NCBI GenBank assembly: GCA_965112155.1
Contig: OZ218102.1
Strand: one strand, 5' to 3'
Origin: Podarcis liolepis
Lineage: Eukaryota
DNA length: 64,000 bases
Numbering within the stretch: position 1 is the stretch's first letter; the number at the start of each line of letters is the position of its first letter. The notes beneath the pieces are model-generated. The model searched no databases and was not told the origin of the DNA. It saw only the letters and a program-made list of their open reading frames with translations. The position numbers and the translations under genes are program-made. Positions 1-14,426 of the stretch are shown piece by piece.

Positions 1-230
1 TGCTCAAATGAAGCTTTTGTCCTTGATGCAGGAGACCATTACTAAATACTGTCTAAGAAACTGACTGTCTTCAGAAGGTTAAAGGCATTAAGAATGCAAA
101 GGTATTCCTAAGGTTGGAGACTTACAACAAAGACTAGATTATTTTTCATATGTTCCTTTATGAAGAGTTCTCCATAAAGGAAGTTTTCTAATACAGTATT
201 TTTAAAGTTATTTTTAGTAAAACTAAAATA

Positions 231-644
231 CAGTGGTGCCCCACAAGACGAATGCCTCGCAAGACGGAAAACCCGCTAGACGAAAGGGTTTTCCGTTTTG
301 GAGGTGCTTCGCAAAACGAATTTCCTATGGGCTTGCTTCGCAAGACGAAAATGTCTTCCAAGTTCCTGCAGGTTTCCCCCCCCCCTTTTCCCAAGCCGCT
401 AAGCCGCTTATCAGCTGATCCTAAGCCGCTTAACAGCTGATCCGCTAAGCCGCTTAACAGCTGATCCGCTAAACCGCTTATCAGCTGATCTGCTAAGCCG
501 CTAAACCGCTTATCAGCTGATCCGCTAAGCCCGCTAATAGCGCTAATCCGCTAAGCCGCTAATGGGCTTGCTTCACAAGACGAAAAAATCGCAAGACGAA
601 GAGACTCGCGGAACGGATTCTTTTCGTCTTGCGAGGCACCACTG
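231..644. mobile_element. Tc1/mariner-superfamily (Tigger/pogo-like) MITE with internal minisatellite
   Basis: TA|CAGTGGTGCCCCACAAGACGAA ... TTCGTCTTGCGAGGCACCACTG|TA: ~22-bp TIRs, TA duplication; internal tandem units like GCTAAGCCGCTTAACAGCTGATCC at ~395-560. Confidence 0.9.
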
Positions 645-3600
645 TAACCTATTTATCACTATATTCTTTAGATAGCTACTTATCTGTGGGCTGTGACTAA
701 ATGAGAATTTTCGGTTCTCAGATAACTTTATTTTGAGGAAGCTATAGGCAAGGAGAATAAATGTTTGTTTGAATGCATTCGCTCTTGACACATTGGTGTT
801 GCGATATAATTCTGTAGTGAATGTTATGAAACATGATTGGTGATACTGTTTATCCTGGGACTACTTATAGAAAACTTCATGGGGAAACCACTCTTTAACA
901 TAAATAGAACTTGAAGCATACATTCTTTCCCCGCTCATATTTGGACTTTTTACTTCTGTTTTATCATTTGGCCCAGTTTGGTGCTTGAAAGCATTACTCT
1001 TTGAGACTCAACATAGCACCCCATGTTTGGGACTGTGAAGAGTCTCTGAAAGAATTACAGTTCTTTTCAAATGCAAGTAATTTATTTTTGTTAGTGGGTA
1101 CGTTGAGGCTGATGGATGCATTATGCAGCTTTCTGATCACCCATAGTTATTTCCATGCCAATTCTGTTTGGCTGATCCCTTCCCTACCCTTAGCTTGAAA
1201 TGGAGAAGGAAATAATTTCTGTAGCTTTGTATTAAACAGCAGAAGACTATCAGTGTAAAATATTTAATGCAAGGTATTAACATTTCCCCCTGTTTTGTAT
1301 CAATCTAGAAAAGGTTATTTTGTTAGTTTCTAAAACACTTTTGTGAGAAAGTAATTCTAGTTTACATAGTCAGGTCAGAAAATACAAGGCTTCAGTTTAG
1401 GTGAATCCCCCCCCCCAAACTCTGCCCTGTATAATAACCTATAATTTAAAAAATTGGTTGCTATCGCTTTGTTTGCATATAATGATATGCCAGTGACTCT
1501 GCTTATCGTGGTTTATTATGCAGTGTGGTAGTGCATGCTGTCCAATCACTCCCAATTTGTTCATCTCCTGGTGCAAGTGAGATAAACAAACCAGTACACC
1601 TTGTGTTTTCATTAAGTCTGAACCAGAGATTGTAGCTTGTTGCTCCCTAACAAGCCAGAATCCATAAGGCAACAACAAACCATAGCTGAAGGTTGGCTAA
1701 CAACCATTACTTGTTAAGGAGCAGCAAACCACCATCCCTGTTTCCAACATAACGGGAAACGGGGAAACAAACCAGAAAGCCATTTGTTTCACAGCACTCC
1801 ACGATCAGCCCAAAACTCCAGCTTAATGCTATGTGTGAATGCAGCCACAAAAAGTGGCCACTTATCTGAACTGCACTGCATAGTAGATGCCAACTTGTAA
1901 TGAGCTGTTTATCTGAAGCAATTTCCCTAGCATAACATTCAACTAAAAATTAGCTAACCGGTGCATTTGTGCTGATATGATATAACTAGGCGTCTCTCAT
2001 ACGTTCGGTCAATTATCTCACCTCACAGGTGCAGCCAGAGAGCGGCTATGAATCTGCTTCACAGCTTTGACAAATGAGCTCATTGTTTGTTTGTTTTTTT
2101 CTTAATTTTGGTTCATCTGTGATTCAAGTTTATCCTGGATTTTTAATTTTTCACGAGGTTGCCAAGATTTAAAGTCAGCCATATGAGTGCTGTGGTGGCA
2201 GTTCTGCTTTTCCATACAATTTGGGACCTCAAGACAGTTAACGACCATCAAATGTATGTTAGTCTATACTAAAATGCTAAGAACACATGGTTCATGAATA
2301 AAGCAGCAAGAGAAAGTAACTTCCTTTATTTAAAAGTCCAACTTTGAAGATCATCTCCCCCCTCCCCATGTCACATCATCATGAACTAGTATTGTAGAGG
2401 CTGTGCGTCAGGGCTTCTTCACAACAGGCAATCTTGATAGCTTCCACATATAAGCACAACAGGGTGAGTTTAGCAGTTTCATTTCTTAATTTCTTGCTTT
2501 TGTAGGTTTGAATCAGCCCCATAGTATGTTAATAAAGAGGAAGGAAGGAGTTCAATTTATACTGGTCATTAAGGATCCCTTGGTGCTTATCGCAAGAGTG
2601 AGGTTATTAACCCTGATGTTCTTCTGGCCAAATTCAACTCGTGATGATTACATTCTGCGACCTAAATTACTTTTGTAGTTTTCACTAGAGAGATTGACTT
2701 TCGTGGTTTCTCCTGGAGAGAGTGACTTCTGCTTTTAAAAATGCTCTCTAACAAAGTGATTACACGTTCTGCCCCAGAAGTGGCGGCACCTCAGTTGAAG
2801 TGGCATTGTTCTTGGCACTGCCAAGTCCTCAGCTTAGGTGCCTTTTTGAGGAATTCGGAGCCCTCTGTTTAATAAACAGATGGCACTATGTATTGCTGAA
2901 GGTCATCTAAAATTTTCATTATAATACTAGAAAACAAATGTGCACTTAATTCAGTGCCACTGATTTAGTATTTTACTTCACTGATCAAAATTTAACTCTA
3001 CATATTTTATCAATCTGTCTTTCTGAAAGAGAGAGCATCAGTAGAATTTGAAATATAATAAATTAATAATGCAGAGGAAAGCATCAAAAAGTAAAAGTCT
3101 TGCTTTAAAAACAGAAACTGGCTATGCTGAACCTTAAACAAAAAGTGGTCAAGGGCAGGAAAGATTACCCAGCTGCCTTTTGCTACCTTGAAAAAAAATA
3201 TTATTTCTAAATAGACAGTGCCATTTTTAGCACAACCTACTTGAATAATTATTTAAAAGTATTTTATTATTGTAATTGGTACTTAAGGGAACTGATATGT
3301 TTTCCTGTTGTTGCCTTGAAAAATCAGTCTGGGTGGCTATATCATCATCATTACTGTTGCCATTATTAGTATTAGTATTCACTTTTGTATACTTTCCTTC
3401 TGTAGTTCTCAGGGTAGGTCACATGATACATTGCAGTTTAAGTTGTAGGTAATTGCTGCGATCATTCGTATAGGCTTTTTGTTATACATAATTCCTTGCA
3501 CTGTGTGGTGACCACTGCCCTTGATCTAGTTGATTTTTATATGGAAGTCATTATACCAAGAGCCAAACTCGATTAGACACCATTCATACCATTAGCAATT

Positions 3601-3719
3601 GCATGAGTGGTTTTTAAAAGGTTAATAGCAGGCATAGAGAAAGGGTGATCCAGACTGAAATTCTAGAAAGGGTTTGCTCATTACTGCAGTCCCAATCCAG
3701 ATTAGGTTTCTCCTGCAAT

Positions 3720-3848
3720 GGGTCAGTGCATTAACCAGAAGGTTGGTAGCTTGAGCCCACCCAAGGATGGCTGTGGGCAAGATTTCGGCATTGCTGGGGG
3801 TTGGACTAGTTGACCCTCAAGATCCCTTCCACCTTTATGATTCTATGA
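3720..3848 (+). mobile_element. Degenerate SINE with CR1-type 3' tail
   Basis: Ends GGGGTTGGACTAGTTGACCCTCAAGATCCCTTCCACCTTTATGATTCTATGA, a CR1 3' terminus. Confidence 0.7.
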
Positions 3849-6800
3849 CTTTTGCACTTCAGGGGAGGGGGGACTTTTATTGCTGTGAATAAAATGGAGG
3901 GGAAAACAATATATATAGGGACTACAGAAGATGATAGATTATTAAACTACACATCCCTACAAGGAACCCTTTCCAGATCCACCATCTATTTTTTTTAAAA
4001 AAAGACACGTTCACAATTGCTAATTGTGCGAACAATGTCTTACTGGTTTGCCTAAAATGCAAGAATCTGCAATTTGTACCTAGAGAAGCCTCCATCTAAG
4101 ACACTTTCCCTTCAAAAAACTGTGAGCTTGACTCCTTTGTTCTTGACTTCACTTACTCAACTTGAGTACAGTATTGCTGTGAAATCTTAAAACTGCAAGT
4201 TGCAGATAGTTTCAAAACATTTTCTGATTAGATAAAGTAACATTGTACTATTACACCATTTATTTTATGACTGTGAACATTGCATGTGCCATGCAAACTC
4301 TAAACGATATTACAAATATTAATAAGACTATCTTACAATGGAACACATCCTATTATATCAAGATATAGGAAGTTTGAAAGGTAAATATAAATATAAATAT
4401 TTTGAAACTTTCAAAATAAATAACATGATCTGTGTGAGCATTTATACCTGGGGTGAGAAACATGTAGCCCCCAGTCAGCTTGGTGATTACTTCCAGTGAA
4501 AAATTGTGTAACTCCTTTAGTTGTCAATAAAACTGAAATAATCCATTGCTATATAACTTCTCATTGTTTTATCAATTTCATATAGTACCATACAGCCTAA
4601 CTTTAATGAAAGAACAGCTAGGGCGTTGTCTTCAATTACTCTTGTCTCCACTTACTCAAATATTTTCCTGTATACCCAAGGCTACGTAGACTCTCATGTC
4701 TGCCTTCATTATTTCTGGAAATGGCAGTCCAGTGTCTCGGCTAATTCTATGAGAATAGATTTGCATTTGGAAATTTAAATATTCTTGTCTATAGTTACTT
4801 CTTGTTGACCTAGGATCTTCCCATCACAGGGTAAAATAAAGCCCCCTTTGTCATTGCCAGCATCTTTGAAACTTAGTTAATGACTAAAATATTTCACTGT
4901 TAATTCTCCTGACCTCAGGATTCCTGTTGATTCCTCTGATTGCCTGTGTGCTTGGACTGAGCTCTCCTGTACAACATTAATTTAGAAGATATAAAAATGA
5001 AAAATATCTCAATTAGCAGTGACACCACAAAAAAGTTAGACTGTTAATTGAGTGAAGCTTGTAATTCCTTAGCAGAGCTGACTAGTAAACCCTCCTTGTA
5101 ATGCTTTGATAGTAGGTAATAAAAATGTTGTTTAATTAATGCCAGTGTGAGTTCTTTTTGAAGCTTTGGGTTTTACAAAACTGAGTAAATCAAAGAACTG
5201 AACCAGAATGCATCTCTGTGCTGTTAATTTAAGACTGTCACTTCCATTTGAAGTCATGATTTATATTCTTCAATATTGATTACTTGGGATGCATCTGAAT
5301 GCTGTGTTCAGAAAAAATGCAATTAAACCTCACAGTAAGTTAATGCATCCTAGCCTGTGATCTGGTTTTCTAAATTGTCTTGTATCTCAGGCAGAGTGTA
5401 GGGACTGGTTCACAAGGAACATTTGTAGAAAACCGTATGGTAAAAAGGACCATATATGTTTAAAAGAATTGAGTTGTGCTTCGTACCCTCCTCTAATACA
5501 AGAAACTATGGATGTTTCTAAATGGGAGAAGGGAAAGAGCCCATCCAACTCGGTATACCACCCAACTGTTAGCCCATCCAACTCGGTATACCATCAAAGT
5601 ATACTAATAATGGTACTCCCAATTCCTGTTGAACCCTTAGGGCTCCTACAATGTAAAGTTTTTGGATACCCTTGGCAAGGGGTCAGGTAACCTGTGGTTG
5701 GAAGAAGAATGGGCTGTAAAAAATCTTCGGTTAATTTGTCTTGACCTTTCCATTTAAAAAATGTATGTTTTTGTATTTATTATTTTATTTCATGAAATTT
5801 ATACACCGCTTGATTGCGAAAAGCCTCAAAGCAGTTTGCAGAGAGCAAAATAATCAGTAAACACTTAAACAAATCTTTTTTAAAAAATTAAACCAGCAAT
5901 GAACTAAGAACAGATTAAAACATTATGCATATCAACATTCTACATATCTGAGTGGGTTCACCTAAACAAACATGTTTTTAGCAGGCCTCAATAATAGTAC
6001 AATGAAGGTGTCTGCCTGATGTCAACAGACAGGGAATTGTTCTAAAGTGTAGGCACTGCCACACTCAGAGATTGATTTCTTGGAAATGCAGAACCAGTTG
6101 GTTGGTTGCTGGCAGTAAATTCCAAACATCCATGGCAAGTATATTAAAAAATATCCCCTTTTTTTGTTCTTTTACAAAACCAAAACAAAACACACAGTTG
6201 GGTACACCAGCCTCCATGTATGCATTTTGTTCGTGCAAAGAATGATTTCTACAATGAGGGATTGAAGCAAGCTGGGTGGGTGGCAAGAGCATAGTGGCTT
6301 CTATTGGCTTCTGCATTGGCTTCATCTACCTGCTCTATGGACAAATGTGTACAGAGGCCTGCAATTTCATCTTCACATTCCATGTACTTGCCACTAAAAC
6401 TCTCCTTTAAAGCAAACTAATAGAGGGTGAGATCTGCAGGGCAAGATGGTGTGGAATCATCTGAAGGGACAGGATGTTGCTTTTAGTTTAGTACCAAGTG
6501 CTGTGGAAGAAAGTTTTCATTGTCTCCACCCAGCACAATGTCTCCTGGAAGGCTTGGTTTTAGCTGCTGTTTTCAGTCACTTGTCTTCCTTCCTAGCAAG
6601 TCCTGAGAGGGGTGGAAAAAAGAAAAATGTAATTGTGGTTATCCTAACACAACCTATTGTACTTATCGCTTTCTCTCTGTCTCCAGATGGCAGAAATATT
6701 AATCATTAACTTCAAAAACTCAGCAAAGTTTGGAAATCCCCTGGTGGTTAAATATCGAACTTGCTGTGATAAGTAAGGTAACTTTACTAAAGTGCTGCCT

Positions 6801-7545
6801 CTCTAGGGCACTTCTCTGAACTCCAGGAATTTGTTAGCTGGTTTCATATTGGTATTGATTTTAAGGCAGCTGTCAGAATGTAGTGTGTCTATCAGGAAGA
6901 ATCATGGAACTTCAGCAATGAAAAACACACGGCATGCCATTTGCTTTTAGAGTTCAGGTCTTAGTTGCTCAACAGTCTAGAAGATTGGCTGGCTTAGTTT
7001 AAATAATGCGTTCCAGTATAACCTTATACAGGTTGCCATTTTGAGTTAAGGAGCTTGGAGCTATTAGTATTGGTTCTGTACATGACAAATGCCCGTGCTT
7101 CAACTTGACTAAGGAGTGGGAAAATACTTTATTATACGGTGCCATCAGTGAACATAACACTCTACAGAGATAAAGCACTGGAGAGGTCCCTGCTCTGATG
7201 ATTTTACAGTCAAGGATTACACATGAGGGAAATGTGGAGAAAGCAATGATAGGGAAAGAAGAGAATGGTCACATATCAAGATGGTGAGGAAAGCTGTACG
7301 TATGTAATAACAGTAAGGAGTTGGGGCAGGAAGAGTAACAGCTGAAGAAAGGCTTTGCAAAAAAAAAAAATCACAAACATTTAAAAGGCCCCATTGTTTG
7401 GGAATGTTAGAAAGAGAATGCTAACATTGTTTGATATATCTTTTTAGGATACCGGCTTTTGTTGATTTAAAAAATGTGCAAGCATTCAAATATACAGAAA
7501 TCTTCATTGCCAAATAACTAATTCTTCACAATTATTTCTAAACAT

Positions 7546-7548
<3 letters not shown>

Positions 7549-7578
<30 letters not shown>
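7549..7578. repeat. (AC)n microsatellite
   Basis: Direct reading. Confidence 0.95.
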
Positions 7579-7580
<2 letters not shown>

Positions 7581-10500
7581 TCTAGACAGGTTATTTTTAA
7601 ACTTTTATACATGTAGATACTTCAGGTAGACAACTGCCTATTTAACTGTACTGAAGGTATAATGGAAGTATTGGTTTGCTAGAAAAATAGCTAATTCTCA
7701 GGCTAGAAAAATAGCTAATTCTCAATGATAATAATTTTATTAATAATACTCAGGGGCATAGAGTTTCTGTTGTTCAAAAGCTTGAATAACTTTTTGATAT
7801 CACCTATTCTTTTTTTACCTTTTCCCCTATGAATTTGCATAGCAATAGCTCTTTGCAATATTATCTTGGAAATCCTCGGATAACTCTTTTTATTCTGAAC
7901 TATCAGTTTTAGTTGCCTTTTGTGTGGCATTGATCCTTTTCCAAGCCTGGCCTTTCTGAAGTACCCTATCTTTGAAACGACAAGGCAACAAGATTTGATC
8001 ATTAGGCTTCTGGCTTTTGTTATATCACCACCAGCAGTACCCTGCATTTACTTACCTGAACTTCAACGGAACTAGTGGGAATAGCCTCTTCATGTGGCAA
8101 CAAAAAATAAAATAAAAGCAAATTAAAAATAAAAATAGAAGTGTAACATTTCACGAGCAGCTGTAAATTGTAATTTTTTTGGTAGATATAGTTCTCTGTT
8201 AGAGAAATTGGTAGAGGGAACACTAAAACTTTTCTAGAATAACAATTTTGTGGGTATTAAAAATTTTAATCAATGAACTTCCTTTTTAACATTTAATTTC
8301 AGTTCACATTAAAATTGTAACTGCTCTTTAACTTCGAAAAGGCTGAACCGTTTGGAAGTTAATCAAATGCACAAAACTTCTGTTTTCTGCCTTTATAACT
8401 GACAGAGTAAAGCTAGAAATGATGATTAGAGAGTAGTTTGATCAAGGAGGGAAATTATGATGTATCAAAGTAATGGTTTTGATATATTTTTCAGAAGGCT
8501 AGATGATCTAGTGGGTAACCAGCTAAGGTTGTGTCCTTGCAAAACATTGTCAAGATGTCCTTGATCGAGAATGGACAACAAACTTAGCATGCCTAATTGT
8601 TGTAACTGGTGTTTTAATTTTAGCATCTTTTGTATCTGCTGACTTATGCACATGTAAAAGTTGCTTCAGACTCAAATGTTTTTGTTACCATCTTTTGGAC
8701 TGGTAACATATTTGTACTAGGAGGCTCTTCTGGTTTGTTGTAGATTAAAAGGGGATATGTCCTTCACTGCTGAGAAAGGTGCAAAATCTGAAGGCTGACT
8801 GACATCATCAGTTTTGTCTTCCTGCCCTTCTCCTCAATGACCCGCCTGTGATGCAGCCCCATGGAGGATGTCCTATGGCTGCTACTTTGCAGAAGCGAGG
8901 TTCTGCTTCTACAGTAATAGGAATTGTCCTGAGAGACAGGGAATCTGGAGGCAGGATTGCATAGAGGTAATTTAACCATGCGAACCAACTTTGTAAACTG
9001 GAAGCATCTAGGGCCTTACACCTCTAAGTCAAGTGTTCAGTTCTTTGTTGCCTCATTTCAGGCAGGTCACCTGAGTGTGTTCAAAAAGCCTTTCACTAAA
9101 AGCATTATCTGTTTTTAAAGCATCATAGTTTCCAGATTTTAATCTCGTCATTTAAACTACCTAGGCTTCTCATGCCATGACCTCATGGTTCTCTTTTATC
9201 ACCAGAAGCGGAACCCATTTTAGACCAACCTCTGTAGATAAACTTGAAGTTTAAAAGTTGGGAAAACCTCTCTCTTTTTCTTTCCCAACCTCACGGAAAT
9301 TTTATTTCAGTGATTTCACCAGCATTTAAAATCCAAATGGAAGACCTATATCAGAGGGAAGTTATACAGTAAGAGTCACCAGATTCCAGACAATTAAACT
9401 TTATTAGTCTGTCTGAAGCATAAAGTAGTACCTCTTAAAAGAATAGTTTTTCATCTCCTCTCCCTGTTGCTGTTTACTGTTTAGTAGTGTGGGAGAGGCA
9501 CGACTCTTTTGCTTTCAGGAATGCATTTTCCTTAGTCACTGGAGAAATTCTCTGGTATTCTTGGACTACATGTAGCCCACTGCAGGGTGCAACAAAAATT
9601 AGTCCCTAAATGTGGTGACTCAAAAGTCACCTGTTCCTCTTAAGCCAGTGATTAAGTACATGTGGCTCCAGAAACATTTTAAGTACCTCATAGGTGTTTG
9701 CTAAAACTGCAGGAATTCTGACTTATTTCATTAAAAAATAAGTGTTTCTTATCCTCCTGTATTTCCAGATAGATCTTTGATTATGGTGTTGTAAAGGTTT
9801 AGAAGAAACAGGGCAAATAAACTTAAAATGCACTATTTAACTCTTAGCTTTCTTTACCTACATAATGGAAGCAGATGTTCTGATTTCACAGATTCCTATC
9901 TACAGATTTAAGGTATTGGAGAATAAATGGTGCTGAACCAAGGTGCTCATCTTTTCCTTATCTTGTGTGCTGAACTCATTGTAGTCACTTACTTTCTACT
10001 GGAGTAAGATTCAAAGTTTGCCATCACACAAAAATTACATATATGTAAAGTGAGTTTATTTTGAAAAATAATCTCCTGGCAATGTATTGGAGTTTTGCAA
10101 AAGCTGAAATTGTTGACAAAGAGGCTGAAGTAGTGGTGGGCATAATACAAAGGATGCTGCCCCCTCCCAAAATAGGTTGAGGACTAGAAACTTGCTTTTT
10201 TGAATGAAAGCTAAAACCTGCCAGAGGTCTAGCTCGTTATACCCATGCTGTCCCTATAGTTTACCAGAGTGGTTGCTCATTTCAGCATAATTCCACAAGC
10301 CTTTTGTTGAGATGCATCTTTTGTCAAACTTCTTGCTGCATAATTAGAAACCACATGTGGGCATGTAATAAATAAGTCTTTTGGTAGGGAGAGTGAGATT
10401 AACTTCAGTGCAACTTTTTGTATTTACTTTTTGAAATAAAATAGCAATGAGATCTTTAGCATCTTTTCACAGTGGTTGTTTTGACACGACCAGGTGATTT

Positions 10501-12707
10501 ACTTCTAAGTTGCACTGGATATTTAGATGTTTCAGTGAGCTCACAATGTGGAAAGGGTGATTCAGCACTGGTTGAGCAAGTCCTTCATCAATTAACCTCC
10601 TGGAATGAATTTGCACAAGCTGGGCTGGTAGAGGGAGGTAGACTGAAAATGGTAGCTTGCAAACTGAGTTTCTGAAATAAAAGTAAATGGACTGAGTGGT
10701 TTGAAAAACTAGCTCTCTCACTTTGAGTCTGCCAGCTGACATGTTAGCAAGACAAATTCATTCAATAAACTCAAGAAATGTGAGTCCTTTTTTTGGCCTA
10801 AACATTTTAAAGTATGGGAGTGCCATCTTTAGGGAGCTGATATTGTTCAGTCAGTAGTTTGCCCAGAGCAGAGTGCTAGTGGCGCTCAGACTCAGTCCCA
10901 GCAATACTCCGCAAGCCAGAAGTTAAATTTTCAGTCCTATTGGATATAACAGAAGAATCTGTACCTTCTTCAAAATTACATTTAAAGAAAATCACTATTA
11001 ACAACAACCTTGGAGTTTAACAGATAAAAGAGTAGGGTAACAAAGACACTCAGTCGCTTAGAATGTGTTATACTTCCTGGAAAAAGTTTGTAAGCAAGCA
11101 AGCAAGCAAACAAGATGCTATTGAGGCCTATCCCAAAACATTATATTGGGATACACTTGTTGTAACGAGACAGAGGCCAGGGGAGGGGGAGTTTGTATGA
11201 CATATAAAAAATTGGTTCCGAACATGTCTCTTATCTCTCTCCCTTGTTCTGAAAATCTGGTTTCTAGGATCCTATGCACCATCTCATACAGTAAGAAACA
11301 GCTCACAATGACAGGACAGGGGAAAGTTGAGAGAGAAAGAGAGTGTTAATATTTTAAATGCTCCTTAAAGTATGCCGTTATATAATCTCTTAAAACTGAA
11401 TTCATGGCTTAGTCACTGGGAAAGATCCAACAAAAATAAATCATGTTGTTTTCAAGAGAAATATTTTAAGCACATTCTTTTCCCTCCTATAGAAACCAGT
11501 GGTGTTTAATTTTGGTGGGATTGTGTCCGTTAAAGTAAAGCTTCTCTTCTCTGTTTAAAAGAATAATATAGTTCCAAAATAAAGCATTGTAAACATCATA
11601 TGCTATTTTAGTATTGTTCAAATAACGAATATTTTGACTCCATCAACCAAGCAGCTCAAACACTTTACTATCACTGTGATGGAGAAATGCTAGTGTGTCC
11701 AGAAACAGCCAGGCTAAGTGAAAGTTCTGGAAACGTAGTCTTCAAGTAAGTGATCTTGCTTAGTGTCCTTATCAATGTAGAGAGAACCAAGCAGAAATCA
11801 ATCCTGAATTTTACATCTGTCCCTTTAAGTCAGTGTAAATTCTGTAGTGCAGAAAGCATATAGACTGCAATACCAAAGACTTTGGATTATGATCCTGGGT
11901 GTGCTTTAAAGCACTGATGAGCTGAGTTGCCATCTCATGATAGCCTTAGAACTTAGTTTTCCAAACTGAGTTTTTAAAATGTGTATTTTAAGGGAAATAG
12001 CTTGGTTAATTTCAGATCCACACCAAATCTGCACCTCACTCTGCTGCCACGAAGTAAGTAATGGGAAGAGGGAGAAGTCGGCCTTTTCTGACTCTGATTA
12101 TAATTCAAGCCTTCAAAAACTGGGGGAGGAGGCCAAGGCCCTGTTGGGAATGCTACTTGCTTTGGGAGTGCCAATTTCATAGTCCAAACCGGATCATTAC
12201 AAAGTTCAGCAGTGTAATTAATATAAAGCTTCTACTTAGTTGTAAACAAATATGTTTTTATTTGTTGTAGTAACCATTTTGTATGTGTCCCTTGTTGAGG
12301 AAATGTATGAATTGAAATCTGGAGACATAATTTAAATGTGTTCTACTCTGCAGATCCATTCTGCAGATGAAAATAATGCAGGTTACGTAGCGTAGTAAGT
12401 ATGCTGATACAGACTGGCACAATTTTCAGTAGTGTGCCCCCCTTTATTGAATTGTATCAGATAAAATAAACATACTGCAATATAGGACACAAAGAAGAAG
12501 GGACAAAACCTGGTTTCCTGCTGCAGAAATTAGGAACGCCAGGTTTAGCTACTACTGCAATGGTGATTCTTTATGAATATTTTTTCTTTACCCCTAAAAA
12601 GTGAATGTGTGCCGTCCATTCCTGGAGAGATATAGTGTTGCCCTCCATACCATCCTGGAGTTCTTCCCATCTATGAGCCTCTGTTGCAGCCTTCTTTCCA
12701 TTGGCAG

Positions 12708-12710
<3 letters not shown>

Positions 12711-12764
<54 letters not shown>

Positions 12765-13330
12765 ATATCACCCTTCCTCCTGCAGGATTCCAGGGCGGCT
12801 AACAACAACAAGATAAGAAACATAGTAGAACAATTATTATAATAACCAACTCTGTATTGATAATTAAAACATTAACCAGTGTGCAATAAAGCTTTCCCTT
12901 TTAGTTTCCAATTCAGTTATGTTCCAAAGGCCTTGCTACAGAAATATGTTTTTAATTAACAAAGTCAATCAGATTTCATTTGGGAGCTTCACAGATTGGG
13001 GAGCCACAGACAGGAAGGCCCTTCTCCATGTCATTCCCCTATGGGCCATGCCCATGGACAGCAACACAAGCTGGGACTCTCTCCTGTTCTTTACAGGCTG
13101 GCAGGTGTTGAGGAAGGCATTCCTTTCAGTACTGGGTCCCAAGTCATCTAGAACTTGGTACATCATCAGCAACACATTGGATTGCACTTGGTGAATTTGC
13201 TCTTTCCCTTCTCACTGCCCCACATAATAGCCGGACAGCAGTATCTTGCACTACCTGCGGTTTCTGGAGCCATCTTCAAGGGTAGCTCTATGTAGCGTGC
13301 ATTGCAATAGTCCAACCAAGATTCTTGATA
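12711..13330 (-). mobile_element. Old LINE (L2-like) 3' fragment with (ATT)n tail at 12711-12763
   Basis: (ATT)~17 microsatellite followed by a degenerate body resembling other L2-like ends here (~5780-6070, ~63295-63730). Confidence 0.55.
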
Positions 13331-14073
13331 CCAATTTGTTCTAGTTCGGAATAATCATAACTGGTGAAACATTGTAAACCAGATTTTCCTCGTTGTAGTC
13401 AGTCACATTGTATCCTGTTGCTCTTTCCAATCGTTTCATTGCTAGATTATCTAATGTTGCACTCCCTGCAACCATTTCAGTTGGGTTCCAAAGTCTTGCA
13501 GTGGGAGGGATGCCTGATTCTCTCCACCACTGCTGTCCCAAATAGCATGAACCATCCAGTCTGCTGCCATTCAGTACTGATCTTACTGTGAATACACAGG
13601 AAAGGCCCTGGACTCTGGTATTTTCAGTTACCATGACTTCCCTGCACTGAAACCTGTTGCTACGGTTGTGCCACTGCCTCCTGTTCCCTTGCTGCAGTGT
13701 TCAAATGCCCCCTCTAGGATGATCAGCCCCCTTTGTTTGTATGCCAGCTAACCTACTCAGTGCAGTTGATACTTTGGTTGCCAAACCACAAAGCAGTGTT
13801 TAGGTCTGACTGCATTTCAGTACCGTATTGTCTTTCTTCCCCAACCCCCAAGTCTCTCTGCCCTTGCCTGTTCTCCTCCTCCTGCCTTTGCTTAGGTAAT
13901 GTCCCCAATGCTTTTAACTTCACAGCAAAGTTAGAACGCTACGCAGGAAGTTAACTGCCTCGAGTCTTTTAAATTTAAGTAACACACACCAAATAATAAG
14001 CTGTTGGTTGCTTTTTTTTTGTTTTGTTTCTGTTTTGTTGGTGTGGGTATTTCTTTTTCCTGCCTGCAAAGAA

Positions 14074-14317
14074 NNNNNNNNNNNNNNNNNNNNNNNNNNN
14101 NNNNNNNNNNNNNNNNNNNNNNNNNNNNNNNNNNNNNNNNNNNNNNNNNNNNNNNNNNNNNNNNNNNNNNNNNNNNNNNNNNNNNNNNNNNNNNNNNNNN
14201 NNNNNNNNNNNNNNNNNNNNNNNNNNNNNNNNNNNNNNNNNNNNNNNNNNNNNNNNNNNNNNNNNNNNNNNNNNNNNNNNNNNNNNNNNNNNNNNNNNNN
14301 NNNNNNNNNNNNNNNNN
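14074..14317. other. N-run of 244 nt
   Basis: Direct reading. Confidence 1.
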
Positions 14318-14426
14318 TGTTTGTCAGTTTCTCAGTGGAAATTAGAAGCAGTTTTTTTGCAATTCCCTAAGCTGCTGCTCTGTCATATTTTACATAAGCA
14401 CTGGGAAAACGTCTTGTAATTAGTGC

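Noticed and set aside
395-560. CRISPR-like repeat array
   Set aside because: Eukaryotic DNA, no unique spacers; it is a minisatellite inside a MITE.
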